DNA from: Phycisphaerae bacterium
Lineage (GTDB): Bacteria > Planctomycetota > Phycisphaerae > UBA1845
Assembly: GCA_022072505.1 (NCBI GenBank)
Contig: JAJVHU010000010.1
Span: forward strand, 174,170-238,169
DNA: 64,000 bases
Direction of reading: 5' to 3'
Below the pieces are notes generated by a model that made no database searches, had not been told where the DNA came from, and saw only the letters and a program-made list of their open reading frames with translations. The position numbers were made by a program, and so were the translations under genes. This document shows, in pieces, positions 26,980 through 35,581 of this stretch. Each line of letters begins with the position of its first letter. Position 1 is the first letter of the stretch.

Positions 26980-29979
26980 GTGACCAGCGCGAGGGAAATC
27001 GGGGCCAACGTGGAGCGGCGGATCGCGGCGCTCGGCGAGGAGATTTTCGAGCGAGCGGCGGCGGCGCAGGCTGCGTTTCCGGCGCAGGCGTGGTGGATGG
27101 AGCAGGCGACGCGGCTGGTGGACGCCGATCCGCGCTTCAAGGCGGCGGTGTTTCAGTTCGTGGACTGCCTGCCGGTGTTGCGGAGCGACGCCGAGATTTC
27201 GCGGCACCTTCATGAGTACCTGGCGGCGTCAGGCGCGGCGATTCCGGGGGCGGCGCTGTGGGCGCTGCGCGGCGCGGCGTGCGGAGGGCGAACGAGCCGC
27301 CTCATCGGAGCGTGCGCGAGGGTCGGCGCGCGGATGATGGCGGGCCGCTTCATCACCGGTCATGACGCGGAGTCGGTTCGGGCGACGCTGGAGCGACTGC
27401 GGCGCGAGCGGATGACGTTCACGCTGGACGTTTTGGGCGAATCCACGACGAGCGACGCCCGCGCGGACGCCTACGTCGGCGTGTTTCATGACGCGCTGGA
27501 GCGTCTGTGCCCGGTCGCGCGGGACTGGCCGGGCGTGGCGATCCTCGACGAAACGGAGTTCGGACCGCAGCCGCGCGTCAACATTTCGATCAAGCTGACG
27601 GGGATGGATCCGCACTTCGACCCTGCGACGCCGGAGACGTCGATCGAGTCGGCGGCGCGGCGGCTTCGGCCGCTGCTTCGGCAGGCGCGGAGGCTCGGCG
27701 CGTTCGTCAACATCGACATCGAGTCGACGAAGCACCGGGCGCTGACGTTCGACCTTTTTGAGTCGGTGATGAGCGAGCCGCAGTTCCGGGACTTCTCGGA
27801 CGTGGGGATCGTGGTTCAGGCGTACCTGCGGGACGGCGAGGGGGATCTGGAGCGGATGCTGGATTACGCGCGACGCCGGGAGACGCGCTTTGCGGTGCGG
27901 CTGGTGAAAGGGGCGTACTGGGATTCGGAAACCGCCGCGGCGGTGCGGAATCATGCGACGCCGCCGGTGTGGACGCAGAAGTGGGAGTCGGACGCTTGTT
28001 ATGAGCGGATGGCGCGGGCGATGCTGCGCGAGCGGGCGCTGATCCGTCCGTGCTTTGCGAGCCACAACGTGCGGACGATCGCGGCGGTGATGGCGTGGGC
28101 GGAGCAGTTGGGGGTTCCGATCGAGGGGTATGAGTGTCAGATGCTTTACGGGATGGGCGACCCGCTGAAGGCGGCGGTGGCGGGGATGGGTCGATGCCTC
28201 CGCGTGTACGCGCCTTACGGGGACATGCTGCCCGGGATGGCGTACCTGATCCGGCGCCTGCTGGAGAACACGTCGAACGATTCTTTTCTGAAGCAGGGGT
28301 TTGCGGATCGGGCGCGGTATGCGGAGCGTCTTGCGGACCCGGCGGCGCGGCGTCCGCGGAGTTCGCCGCTGCCCAGGTTGCGTTACGCCTCGCCGCCGAA
28401 CGAGTTGGAGAGACACATGCCGACGTTTCGTCAGACCGCGCGGATCGGGTTTTCCACCGAGGAGGCGCGAGAGCGGATGCGGGCCGCGATCGCGCGGGTC
28501 CGCAAGGGGTTTTCCGCGGACGGGGGCGATCACAGCGATCCTCCTGCGGCATCGGCGTCCCTCGCGGCGGACGCGGTCCGGGTGGATCTTGAAGCGGCGC
28601 GGCTGGCGCGCGGGGGCGAGGCGTGGCGGCGGACGGCGGTGGAGGAGCGGTGCGCGCGGTTGGCGCGCTGGGCGGACGGGGTGGAGGCGGAGCGGTATGC
28701 CGTCGCGGCGGCGCTGGTGGTTCATTGCGGGATGTTGTGGCGCGAGGCGGACGCGGAGGTCGCGCAGGCGGTGGATTACATCCGGTTTCACGGGGCATGC
28801 ATGTCCGGTCTTGACGCGCATCCGCGGCGTCGGGGCGTGCCCGGCGAGGACAATGTCGTTCGTTATGCGTCGCGGGGACTGACCGCGGTGTTCAACGGGG
28901 CGGGTTCTCCGCTGGCGTGCGCGGCGGCCGGAATGTCGGCGGCGCTGGCGGCGGGCAACGCGGTGCTGGTGCTGCCGGAGGCGGAGGCGGCGCCTGGGTT
29001 GAATCTTCTGGCGGAAGAGGGGCGTCGCGCCGGGCTTCCCGCGGAGGTCACGGCGGTGATCGCGCCGGCCAGCGACGCGGTGCGCGATCATGCGGCAAGG
29101 CACACGGACGTTCGCGTCGTGGCGGTGTTCGCGGAAGCGGACTTGTGCATGCGGCTGCGTGCGGCGTGCCTCGGGGACGGCGCGCCGGCGTCGTCGCGTC
29201 GCGTGTTCATCGCGGAGGGGTGGGGACCGAACCCGATGCTCGTGGATGACGACGCCGATCTGGACGCGGCGCTGACCGGGGTGATGGCGTCGGGGCTGGC
29301 GTATTGCGGTCAGAAGCGTGACGCGGCGACGCGTCTTTATGTGGTCGAGGGGATCTGCGACGCCTTCTGCGGACGTCTCGGCGAGGCGCTGTCGAGTTTG
29401 AGAGTCGGAAACCCGGAGGATCCTGCGACCCACGTCGGACCGCTGAGGAGCATCGCCGCCGCGACCGCGGTGCGAGCGCGGCTCGACGCCGCGCGGGCCG
29501 CGGGTCGTCTGATTTACGAGGTTCGAGCCCCGGACGGTCCGAGCGAGCGGAACGTTGCACCGGCGATCGTTGCCGCGGATCCGGGGGCGAGTCGTCATGC
29601 GGCGCGGGCCGCGGGACCGGTTCTTGAGGTGGCGCGATGCGCGAATGTGTCCGAGGCGATCCGGCGCGTGAACGCGGAAGGCGGGGCGCTGGTCGGCGGA
29701 CTGTATTCGCGCAGTCCGGCCCACATCGGGCTGGCGCGGGAGACGCTCGAGGTCGGAGCGCTTTTCATCAACCGACCCACGGTGGGCGGCGAGGTCGATC
29801 GTCATCCGGTCGGAGGACCGGCTGCGTGGGGCGCGGGCATCCGGGTCGGCGATGCGTCACTGGTGGAGGCGATGCTCGTGCCGCGGACGATCAGTGAGAA
29901 CACGCTGAGGCACGGGTTTTCGCCTGAACCGGCGTCGGACGCCGGGTCGCCTGTCCGCAACGTGCTGCAACCGGCGTAA
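26980..29979 (+). CDS. putA: PutA-like protein: proline dehydrogenase domain plus a divergent aldehyde-dehydrogenase-like domain
   Basis: PRODH motifs VNIDIES, VVQAYL, RLVKGAYWDSE, ASHN, ECQMLYGMGD, YLIRRLLENTSNDSF. The C-terminal half is ALDH-like (EGWGPNP...CGQKRDAATRLYV) but key residues differ; see findings. Confidence 0.8.
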   Translation: MTSAREIGANVERRIAALGEEIFERAAAAQAAFPAQAWWMEQATRLVDADPRFKAAVFQFVDCLPVLRSDAEISRHLHEYLAASGAAIPGAALWALRGAACGGRTSRLIGACARVGARMMAGRFITGHDAESVRATLERLRRERMTFTLDVLGESTTSDARADAYVGVFHDALERLCPVARDWPGVAILDETEFGPQPRVNISIKLTGMDPHFDPATPETSIESAARRLRPLLRQARRLGAFVNIDIESTKHRALTFDLFESVMSEPQFRDFSDVGIVVQAYLRDGEGDLERMLDYARRRETRFAVRLVKGAYWDSETAAAVRNHATPPVWTQKWESDACYERMARAMLRERALIRPCFASHNVRTIAAVMAWAEQLGVPIEGYECQMLYGMGDPLKAAVAGMGRCLRVYAPYGDMLPGMAYLIRRLLENTSNDSFLKQGFADRARYAERLADPAARRPRSSPLPRLRYASPPNELERHMPTFRQTARIGFSTEEARERMRAAIARVRKGFSADGGDHSDPPAASASLAADAVRVDLEAARLARGGEAWRRTAVEERCARLARWADGVEAERYAVAAALVVHCGMLWREADAEVAQAVDYIRFHGACMSGLDAHPRRRGVPGEDNVVRYASRGLTAVFNGAGSPLACAAAGMSAALAAGNAVLVLPEAEAAPGLNLLAEEGRRAGLPAEVTAVIAPASDAVRDHAARHTDVRVVAVFAEADLCMRLRAACLGDGAPASSRRVFIAEGWGPNPMLVDDDADLDAALTGVMASGLAYCGQKRDAATRLYVVEGICDAFCGRLGEALSSLRVGNPEDPATHVGPLRSIAAATAVRARLDAARAAGRLIYEVRAPDGPSERNVAPAIVAADPGASRHAARAAGPVLEVARCANVSEAIRRVNAEGGALVGGLYSRSPAHIGLARETLEVGALFINRPTVGGEVDRHPVGGPAAWGAGIRVGDASLVEAMLVPRTISENTLRHGFSPEPASDAGSPVRNVLQPA

Positions 29980-30213
29980 ACGTCCTTGACCGGATCTGCG
30001 AGGTCCGCGAATTCGCGGCGGCGACGATCCGCGTCTTGGCGCCTCGACCCCTCCTCTGAAAGCGCGCCCGCCGGCGCCTCCCGCCGGACTTCGGGGGACT
30101 TTCCCTGCCCGTTCCGGTAAGATAGACGGCGCCTCCGGGGGAGACCGGGCCGACGGCGCCCGGCGTTCGTGGCGGCGCCCGCGCGACCGGGCAAACAAGG
30201 GGAGGAGACTCGG

Positions 30214-32145
30214 ATGAATTGGAATCGGCTGGGAAGAGCGGCGGGAACAGGGGCGGCAGCGTGTCTTCTGGCGACCGCGGCGCTCGGCGCGAGCGACCTG
30301 CGCAGGACAAGCGAAGCGAACTTTGCCGCGGAGCAACCTCAGGCACATCTTCGTCATGACGAAGCATCAGGCCGGTTGATGCAGGTCTGGGGTCGGGCGT
30401 TCTCGACGGGCGCCACGGCGCAGGAGGCCGCGGAGGCGTTCATTGCGCGATACTCAGGGATGTGGGGCGTCGAGGCCGCGGCGTTGGCGCCGAACGGCTC
30501 GCAGGACGTGATGAGCGGGAAGTTCACGACGTTCACGTACGCGCATGTTCACCACGGCGTGCGGGTGGATACGTGCTGGATCACGGCGCTGGTGCGGAAC
30601 GCGGAGAACGGCGTGGTGCTGGTGAACGCGGACCTTTTCGAGATCCCCGAGGGGTTCTCGACGACGCCGACGATCGACGCCTTCGAGGCGACGCGCGTCG
30701 TGCAGGCGGAATACGCCCACCTCAACCTTTTCACGGAGCCGGAGCTGGTCATTTATCCGCGAGCGGGGGCGCCCGCACTGGCGTGGAAGCTGACGGCGAC
30801 GATCGACGACATCCACGTCTACGAGAACTGGCTGGTCTACGTGGATGCCCGCGACGGAGCGATCCTCGACCGGCATGACGGCAGACTGCACATCGACGTT
30901 TCCGGCAACGTTCAGGGCAAGGCGACGCCGGGGCTGAAACCGGACCAGGGGAACAACCCCGCCACACTCACGCCGATCGGCGACGCGCACGTCACGAACC
31001 AGAGCAACAACGCGCAGACGTACACGGACGACAACGGCGATTACACGGTGTCGAACGCGGGGAACTCGCCGGTGACGATCGTCGTGGATCTGAACGGCCG
31101 GCTGATCGACGTGGACAATCACGGGACGGGGGGCGATCTTTCGGTCAGCCAGAGCGTGACGCCGCCGGGTCCGGGCAATTTCACGCTGAACAACTCGCCG
31201 ACGGAGTTCGTGACGGCGCAGGTCAACGCGATCCTGAAGCTGCACGAGATCAACGAGCTGATGCTGTCGGTGAACAACAACTACCCGATCAACGACAAGC
31301 GGAAGGCGAAGGTGAACATCAGTTCGTCATGCAATGCGTTTTATGACATCAACGGCGATCTTTCGACGAACTACTACCGGGCGGGCGGCGGCTGTCCGAA
31401 CATGTCTTACTCGACGGTCTGCTATCACGAGTACGGACATCACATCGTGGAGAAGGGACACGACAACGCGTGGCCGACTTACGGGTCGTATCACGAGGGC
31501 AACGCGGACGTGGCGTCGGCGATGACGGCGAACACGCCGTGCGTGGGCGAGGACTTTTTCGGGCAGAACACCGGATGTCTGCGGAACGGTGACACGGCGG
31601 GGCGGCAGTACCCGTGCAACGGGGGCAATCACTTCTGCGGCGAGGTGATGTCCGGATGCGTCTGGCACACGGTCGAGGCGCTGAACGGCGACGGGCTGGA
31701 CGGGCTGACGATCACGCGAGAGCTGTGGTTGAACAGCATCCTGCTGCATCCGCCGGGGATTCAGCCGGGGGTTGCGATCGACTTCGCGACGCTGGACGAC
31801 GACGACGGCGACCTCGACAACGGTTCGCCGCACTACCGGCAGATCGACGAGGGCTTCTCCCAGCACAACATGGGGCTGCCGGACATCGACACGCGTTGCG
31901 ACAACCTCAAGAAGTTCAAAGGCAACTGCAAGTCCAACGGGAACCTGGTGGCGAAGGCGGTGTTCTTCGACAACTCGACGGATGGGTGGACGGTGACGTT
32001 CAACATGGCCGGGACGCCCACGACGGTCGGGATTTTCGACCGCAAGGCGAAGGCGGTGCTCTGCTGTTACGGCACGGGTCCGAAGACGATCAAGCTGACG
32101 GACCCGGCGAACTGCCGCAACGACATCGTGACGTCGTGCCCGTAA
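30214..32145 (+). CDS. Secreted zinc metalloprotease (gluzincin, M4/M36-like)
   Basis: Signal peptide MNWNRLGRAAGTGAAACLLATAALGA. HExxH as CYHEYGHHIV. Downstream Glu motif YHEGNADVAS. Propeptide-like N-terminus. Confidence 0.7.
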   Translation: MNWNRLGRAAGTGAAACLLATAALGASDLRRTSEANFAAEQPQAHLRHDEASGRLMQVWGRAFSTGATAQEAAEAFIARYSGMWGVEAAALAPNGSQDVMSGKFTTFTYAHVHHGVRVDTCWITALVRNAENGVVLVNADLFEIPEGFSTTPTIDAFEATRVVQAEYAHLNLFTEPELVIYPRAGAPALAWKLTATIDDIHVYENWLVYVDARDGAILDRHDGRLHIDVSGNVQGKATPGLKPDQGNNPATLTPIGDAHVTNQSNNAQTYTDDNGDYTVSNAGNSPVTIVVDLNGRLIDVDNHGTGGDLSVSQSVTPPGPGNFTLNNSPTEFVTAQVNAILKLHEINELMLSVNNNYPINDKRKAKVNISSSCNAFYDINGDLSTNYYRAGGGCPNMSYSTVCYHEYGHHIVEKGHDNAWPTYGSYHEGNADVASAMTANTPCVGEDFFGQNTGCLRNGDTAGRQYPCNGGNHFCGEVMSGCVWHTVEALNGDGLDGLTITRELWLNSILLHPPGIQPGVAIDFATLDDDDGDLDNGSPHYRQIDEGFSQHNMGLPDIDTRCDNLKKFKGNCKSNGNLVAKAVFFDNSTDGWTVTFNMAGTPTTVGIFDRKAKAVLCCYGTGPKTIKLTDPANCRNDIVTSCP

Positions 32146-32203
32146 CCTGAATATGCCGCGGCGACGGAGGGCGTCCGCGACGCTTGAAAACAAGGCGTGA
32201 GAG

Positions 32204-32241
32204 GGCTCCTCGTTCGCGATCGCGGGCGAGGGCCTTTTTCT
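32204..32241 (+). terminator. Rho-independent terminator after the metalloprotease gene
   Basis: About 14-bp GC-rich stem (GGCTC-CTCGTTCGC / GCGGGCGAG-GGCC around loop GATC), followed by TTTTTCTT. Confidence 0.7.
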
Positions 32242-32411
32242 TGAAATCCGAGTCCGCCTCTGACTCCGGCGCTCGGCGCCTTGAGTGTTCAGTCGTTGTG
32301 ACGCGACGTGCGTCCGGGCCTGGGAGGAACGGCGATCGGTGGATGACGGGTTCTTCTTTCTCTTGAACTTCTGTCGTCCCTCCGGGACTTTCGAGTCATC
32401 GGCGACGGCTT

Positions 32412-32440
32412 CCCAGCACTGGCGTGCTGGGCTGTTTTCC
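32412..32440 (+). terminator. Orphan terminator-like hairpin
   Basis: CCCAGCAC-TGGC-GTGCTGGG (8-bp stem, 4-nt loop), followed by CTGTTTTCC. No CDS ends here. Confidence 0.45.
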
Positions 32441-32448
32441 AGCGCTCC

Positions 32449-32490
32449 TTCCGGGGCTAAGACTCCCGCTCCCGGGGCTAAGACTCCCGC
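32449..32490. repeat. 2 x 21-bp tandem repeat (TYCCGGGGCTAAGACTCCCGC)
   Basis: Read directly from the sequence. Each unit can form a 5-bp hairpin (CGGGG/CTCCG). Confidence 0.9.
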
Positions 32491-32511
32491 CCGACAACCG
32501 GAGTCACGTGG

Positions 32512-32562
32512 AGATTCGGGGCTTGAGGAGATTCGGGGCTTGAGGAGATTCGGGGCTTGATG
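32512..32562. repeat. 3 x 17-bp tandem repeat (GAGATTCGGGGCTTGAG)
   Basis: Read directly from the sequence. The third copy ends ...CTTGATG, followed by a T-run. Confidence 0.9.
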
Positions 32563-32772
32563 TTTTTGCGGGTGCGGTGGTCGTACTTTTCTTGCGTTTG
32601 ACTGGGAGCGCGGAGTTCCGCCGGGGTCGCGCGGACCGGAGGTCCGTGATCCGCAACTTGTTGCATCGAACCTGCAACTCAGGACACTGTCGCCGTTGCG
32701 GTGAGCGGCGCGGAGTTCCGGGGTCGGGTTGCGTCCGCACATCATCGCGGGCAAGACGAGAAGGGCAGGGAC

Positions 32773-33183
32773 ATGAAGTACGTCGTCGCGCTGATCGTGG
32801 CGCTGGTGTTGAACGCGGCCGCGAACCTGATGATGAAGGTGGGGATGAAAACCGTCGCGGGCGGCGGAGGCCTGTTGAAGGACGGTCCCGCGGGCGCCGT
32901 GCTGACGATCCTGAAGAACCCGGTGCTGCTGGGCGGTCTGATCTGTTTCGGGCTGAATGCGTTCTGCTACATGTTTGCGCTGCAAAGCCGGACCCTGAAG
33001 ATATCGCTGGCGTACCCGCTGATGGTGGGAGGCGGGTACGCGATCATTGCGACGTTCGCGTCCCTGTCGCCCCAGCTTCGGGAAAGGCTGACGGTCGGGC
33101 AGTGGGCGGGGGTGGGGTTGATCCTGATCGGGGTCATCCTTGTCGCCGCGTTGACTCCGTCTGAACCGCAGGCGCAAGGCTGA
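32773..33183 (+). CDS. Small 4-TM DMT/EamA-type membrane protein (ArnE/ArnF-like)
   Basis: MKYVVALIVALVLNAAANLMMKVG... and ISLAYPLMVGGGYAIIATF...WAGVGLILIGVILVA. Lacks the conserved TM1 Glu of SMR pumps. Confidence 0.6.
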   Translation: MKYVVALIVALVLNAAANLMMKVGMKTVAGGGGLLKDGPAGAVLTILKNPVLLGGLICFGLNAFCYMFALQSRTLKISLAYPLMVGGGYAIIATFASLSPQLRERLTVGQWAGVGLILIGVILVAALTPSEPQAQG

Positions 33184-33317
33184 AAGCGGCGGCGCGAACT
33201 TCGCTTTTTCCGGCGTCGCGGTAATATCCCGGTCCTTTGCACGGAGGGACGAGGGCGGACCCGGATCCCGGGTGCGGCGGCCGTTGCGCGGCTGGCGGAT
33301 ACCGATCGGAGCAAGGC

Positions 33318-34424
33318 ATGTTCTGGATGTACGCGGGGTTTGTGGCGCTGGTGCTGCTGCTGCTGGCGCTGGATCTGGGGGTGTTTCATCGCAAGGCGCA
33401 CGTCGTCTCGATCCGGGAGGCGCTGGGGTGGTCGGTGTTCTGGATCGCGCTGGGTCTTTTGTTCACGTTGTTCATTTACGCCGGGTATGAGCATCACTGG
33501 CTGGGGCTGGGGTTGACGCACGACCTCATGACCGCGTCGCCGAAGGAGGTTGCGGGTCTGGGGACGGTGTACAACGAAGGCGGCAGCGCGGCGGTGAAGT
33601 ACATCACGGGGTATCTCGTCGAGAAGTCGCTGGCGGTGGACAACATTTTCGTGATTGCGATGCTTTTTGCGTTTTTCGCGGTTCCGCCGATGTATCAACA
33701 CCGCGTCCTTTTCTGGGGCATCATCGGGGCGTTGATAATGCGCGGCGCGATGATCGCGGTCGGCGCGCAGCTCATCCTGCGGTTTTCGTGGATCATTTAC
33801 GTGTTCGGCGGATTTCTGATCGTCACCGGGATCAAGATGCTGGTGCTCAAGGGCGGCGAGTCGGATCCGAACCGGAACGTCATCGTGCGACTGACGCGCC
33901 GGCTGATGCCGATCACGGAGCGGTTTCACGGGCAGCATTTCCTGGTGCGGGCGGGGTCGTCGGCGTCGCACGCCCCGCCGGTCCCCGGCGCGGCGGTTGA
34001 GACGGACCGCGTCGTGGACACGGCGAAACCCGGGACGATCCTTGCGACACCGCTGCTTCTTGCGCTGGTGATGGTCGAGTTCACCGATCTGATCTTCGCG
34101 GTGGACTCGATCCCGGCGATCTTCGCGATCACGGCCGATCCGTTCCTGGTGTTCACCAGCAACGTTTTTGCGATTCTCGGGCTACGAAGCCTGTATTTCG
34201 CGCTGGCGGGGATGATCGACCGCTTCCACTATCTGAAGGTGTCGCTGTCGTTCGTGCTGATGATCGTGGGCGTGAAGATGATGACGCACACGTGGCTGAA
34301 GCGGGTGCTGGGAGAGCATTTCAACATGTACCTGCTTTTCGTGGTGCTGGGCGTGCTGCTGGCGGGCGTTGCGGCATCGCTCCTGAAGCCGCGCGCCGGC
34401 GCGACGAGCGAGCCTGCGTCGTGA
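33318..34424 (+). CDS. TerC/Alx family integral membrane protein
   Basis: YITGYLVEKSLAVDNIFVIAMLF and a second repeat EFTDLIFAVDSIPAIFAIT, plus FTSNVFAILGLRSLYF. Confidence 0.88.
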   Translation: MFWMYAGFVALVLLLLALDLGVFHRKAHVVSIREALGWSVFWIALGLLFTLFIYAGYEHHWLGLGLTHDLMTASPKEVAGLGTVYNEGGSAAVKYITGYLVEKSLAVDNIFVIAMLFAFFAVPPMYQHRVLFWGIIGALIMRGAMIAVGAQLILRFSWIIYVFGGFLIVTGIKMLVLKGGESDPNRNVIVRLTRRLMPITERFHGQHFLVRAGSSASHAPPVPGAAVETDRVVDTAKPGTILATPLLLALVMVEFTDLIFAVDSIPAIFAITADPFLVFTSNVFAILGLRSLYFALAGMIDRFHYLKVSLSFVLMIVGVKMMTHTWLKRVLGEHFNMYLLFVVLGVLLAGVAASLLKPRAGATSEPAS

Positions 34425-34460
34425 CCCGCAAGCGGTTGACCCCGCTCGATGCAGCGCCGG

Positions 34461-34775
34461 TCACTCGGGCGGAGGCGGCGCGTCAAGGAGGGCCTGGTGA
34501 ATACGACGACGCGCTTCGGGAGAAAGCGTGTCCTCAGGGACGCCGCCCGCGTCGTCCAGGGGTTCGTGAGGTCCGGGAGGCCCCGACAGAGGAACACCCG
34601 GATCGGCGACGAGCACGGTCGAACGCGCGGCCTCTCGCAGCATCAGCACCTGCCTGCGGTAGGCGGCGCACGCCCGGCAGTAGAGCAGATGAATCCAGAC
34701 CGCGAGGCGTTCATGCAGGGCGAGCCTGCGGTCCAGACCGTCGGATACAAGGCGACTGACCTGCCTGCAATTCAT
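34461..34775 (-). CDS. Zinc-finger (zf-HC2) anti-sigma factor
   Basis: MNCRQVSRLVSDGLD...HLLYCRACAAY carries the H-x3-C-x2-C motif. Start is 1 nt after the ECF sigma stop. Confidence 0.75.
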   Translation of the reverse strand: MNCRQVSRLVSDGLDRRLALHERLAVWIHLLYCRACAAYRRQVLMLREAARSTVLVADPGVPLSGPPGPHEPLDDAGGVPEDTLSPEARRRIHQALLDAPPPPE

Positions 34776-34776
34776 G

Positions 34777-35406
34777 TCAACAGGCTCCTCTTCCGCCGGG
34801 CGACCAGCGGGACTCGAGGCAAGATCGCAGGCGCATCCGCGCCCGGTGCAGCAGGACGTGAAGGTGCGTCGCCGTCACTCCGAGAACCTCGCAGATGTCC
34901 GTCGTGGACATCTGCACGACCTCGCGCAACACGAACGCGGCCCGCGCCGGCGGCGACAGTTCGGACAGGCATCCCGACAAAGCCCGCCGGAATGCCGCGC
35001 GGTCCAGCGGATCCACGCGCGGCGAGAACCAGTCCGCCGGCGGCTGGGCCCACGTTCCGCGATCCGTGAACGACGTTTCATCCTGGGCGCGCTCCGGGGG
35101 ATCCGCGATTCCGGGACGGCGAGCCAGCGCGCGAAAGTGATCGACGACCTTTCGTTTGAGGATCGCGATCAACCACGTTCTTACGCAAGCCTCGCCGCGA
35201 TGCCGGGACGGATCCCTGAGGGCGGCGACGAACGTCTCCTGCACGAGGTCTTCCGCAACGTCCCGGCGTCCGACGCAGCGCAACGCGTAGGCGCAAAGCA
35301 CGTCGCCGTGCTCATCCAGCCACGCCGCGGCGCTCGTGGACGCAGGCCCGAGCGCCGAAGCGTGTTCAACCGGGCGTTCCGCCGCATTTCGTTCCGCAAT
35401 CGTCAA
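34777..35406 (-). CDS. ECF-type RNA polymerase sigma-70 factor
   Basis: Region 2 DVAEDLVQETFVAAL. Region 4 MSTTDICEVLGVTATHLHVLLHRARMRLRSCL. Confidence 0.88.
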   Translation of the reverse strand: MTIAERNAAERPVEHASALGPASTSAAAWLDEHGDVLCAYALRCVGRRDVAEDLVQETFVAALRDPSRHRGEACVRTWLIAILKRKVVDHFRALARRPGIADPPERAQDETSFTDRGTWAQPPADWFSPRVDPLDRAAFRRALSGCLSELSPPARAAFVLREVVQMSTTDICEVLGVTATHLHVLLHRARMRLRSCLESRWSPGGRGAC

Positions 35407-35581
35407 CGTTCGATCCCCAGCGACGCATCGCCTTTCCGAAGCACCCCTTGCCTGGTCTCAAAGAGGGATCATTTTCCCGGTTCCGCGCCGCGCCCGCCGG
35501 TCCGTGATCCGAGGGCGCGGAATCGCCGTCGGCATGCCTCGGACCGGCGGGTGCGGTCGTTGCGGGAACCCTCGTTCGTTC

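Noticed and set aside
23812-27213. 1133-aa minus-strand ORF antisense to the AddA-like gene
   Set aside because: Extremely Arg/Pro-rich, no domains, and opposite a gene with clear helicase and nuclease motifs. Shadow ORF.
27229-29805. 858-aa minus-strand ORF antisense to the putA-like gene
   Set aside because: Same reasoning. The composition (R, P, H runs) is non-protein-like and the plus strand carries the PRODH motifs.
32449-32562. Possible CRISPR array
   Set aside because: The repeats are directly tandem (periods 21 and 17 bp) with no spacers, only 2-3 copies each, and there are no cas genes in the window.
32563-32772. Guanidine riboswitch (ykkC or ykkC-III) in front of the small membrane transporter
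   Set aside because: GGAGUUCCG / GGUCCGUGAU and CAGGACA resemble fragments of the guanidine-I and -III consensus. The remaining conserved blocks (for example the GGGA...AAAAGCCCGGGAGA tail) are absent. The downstream protein also lacks the SMR TM1 Glu. The region is left as an unexplained repeat motif.
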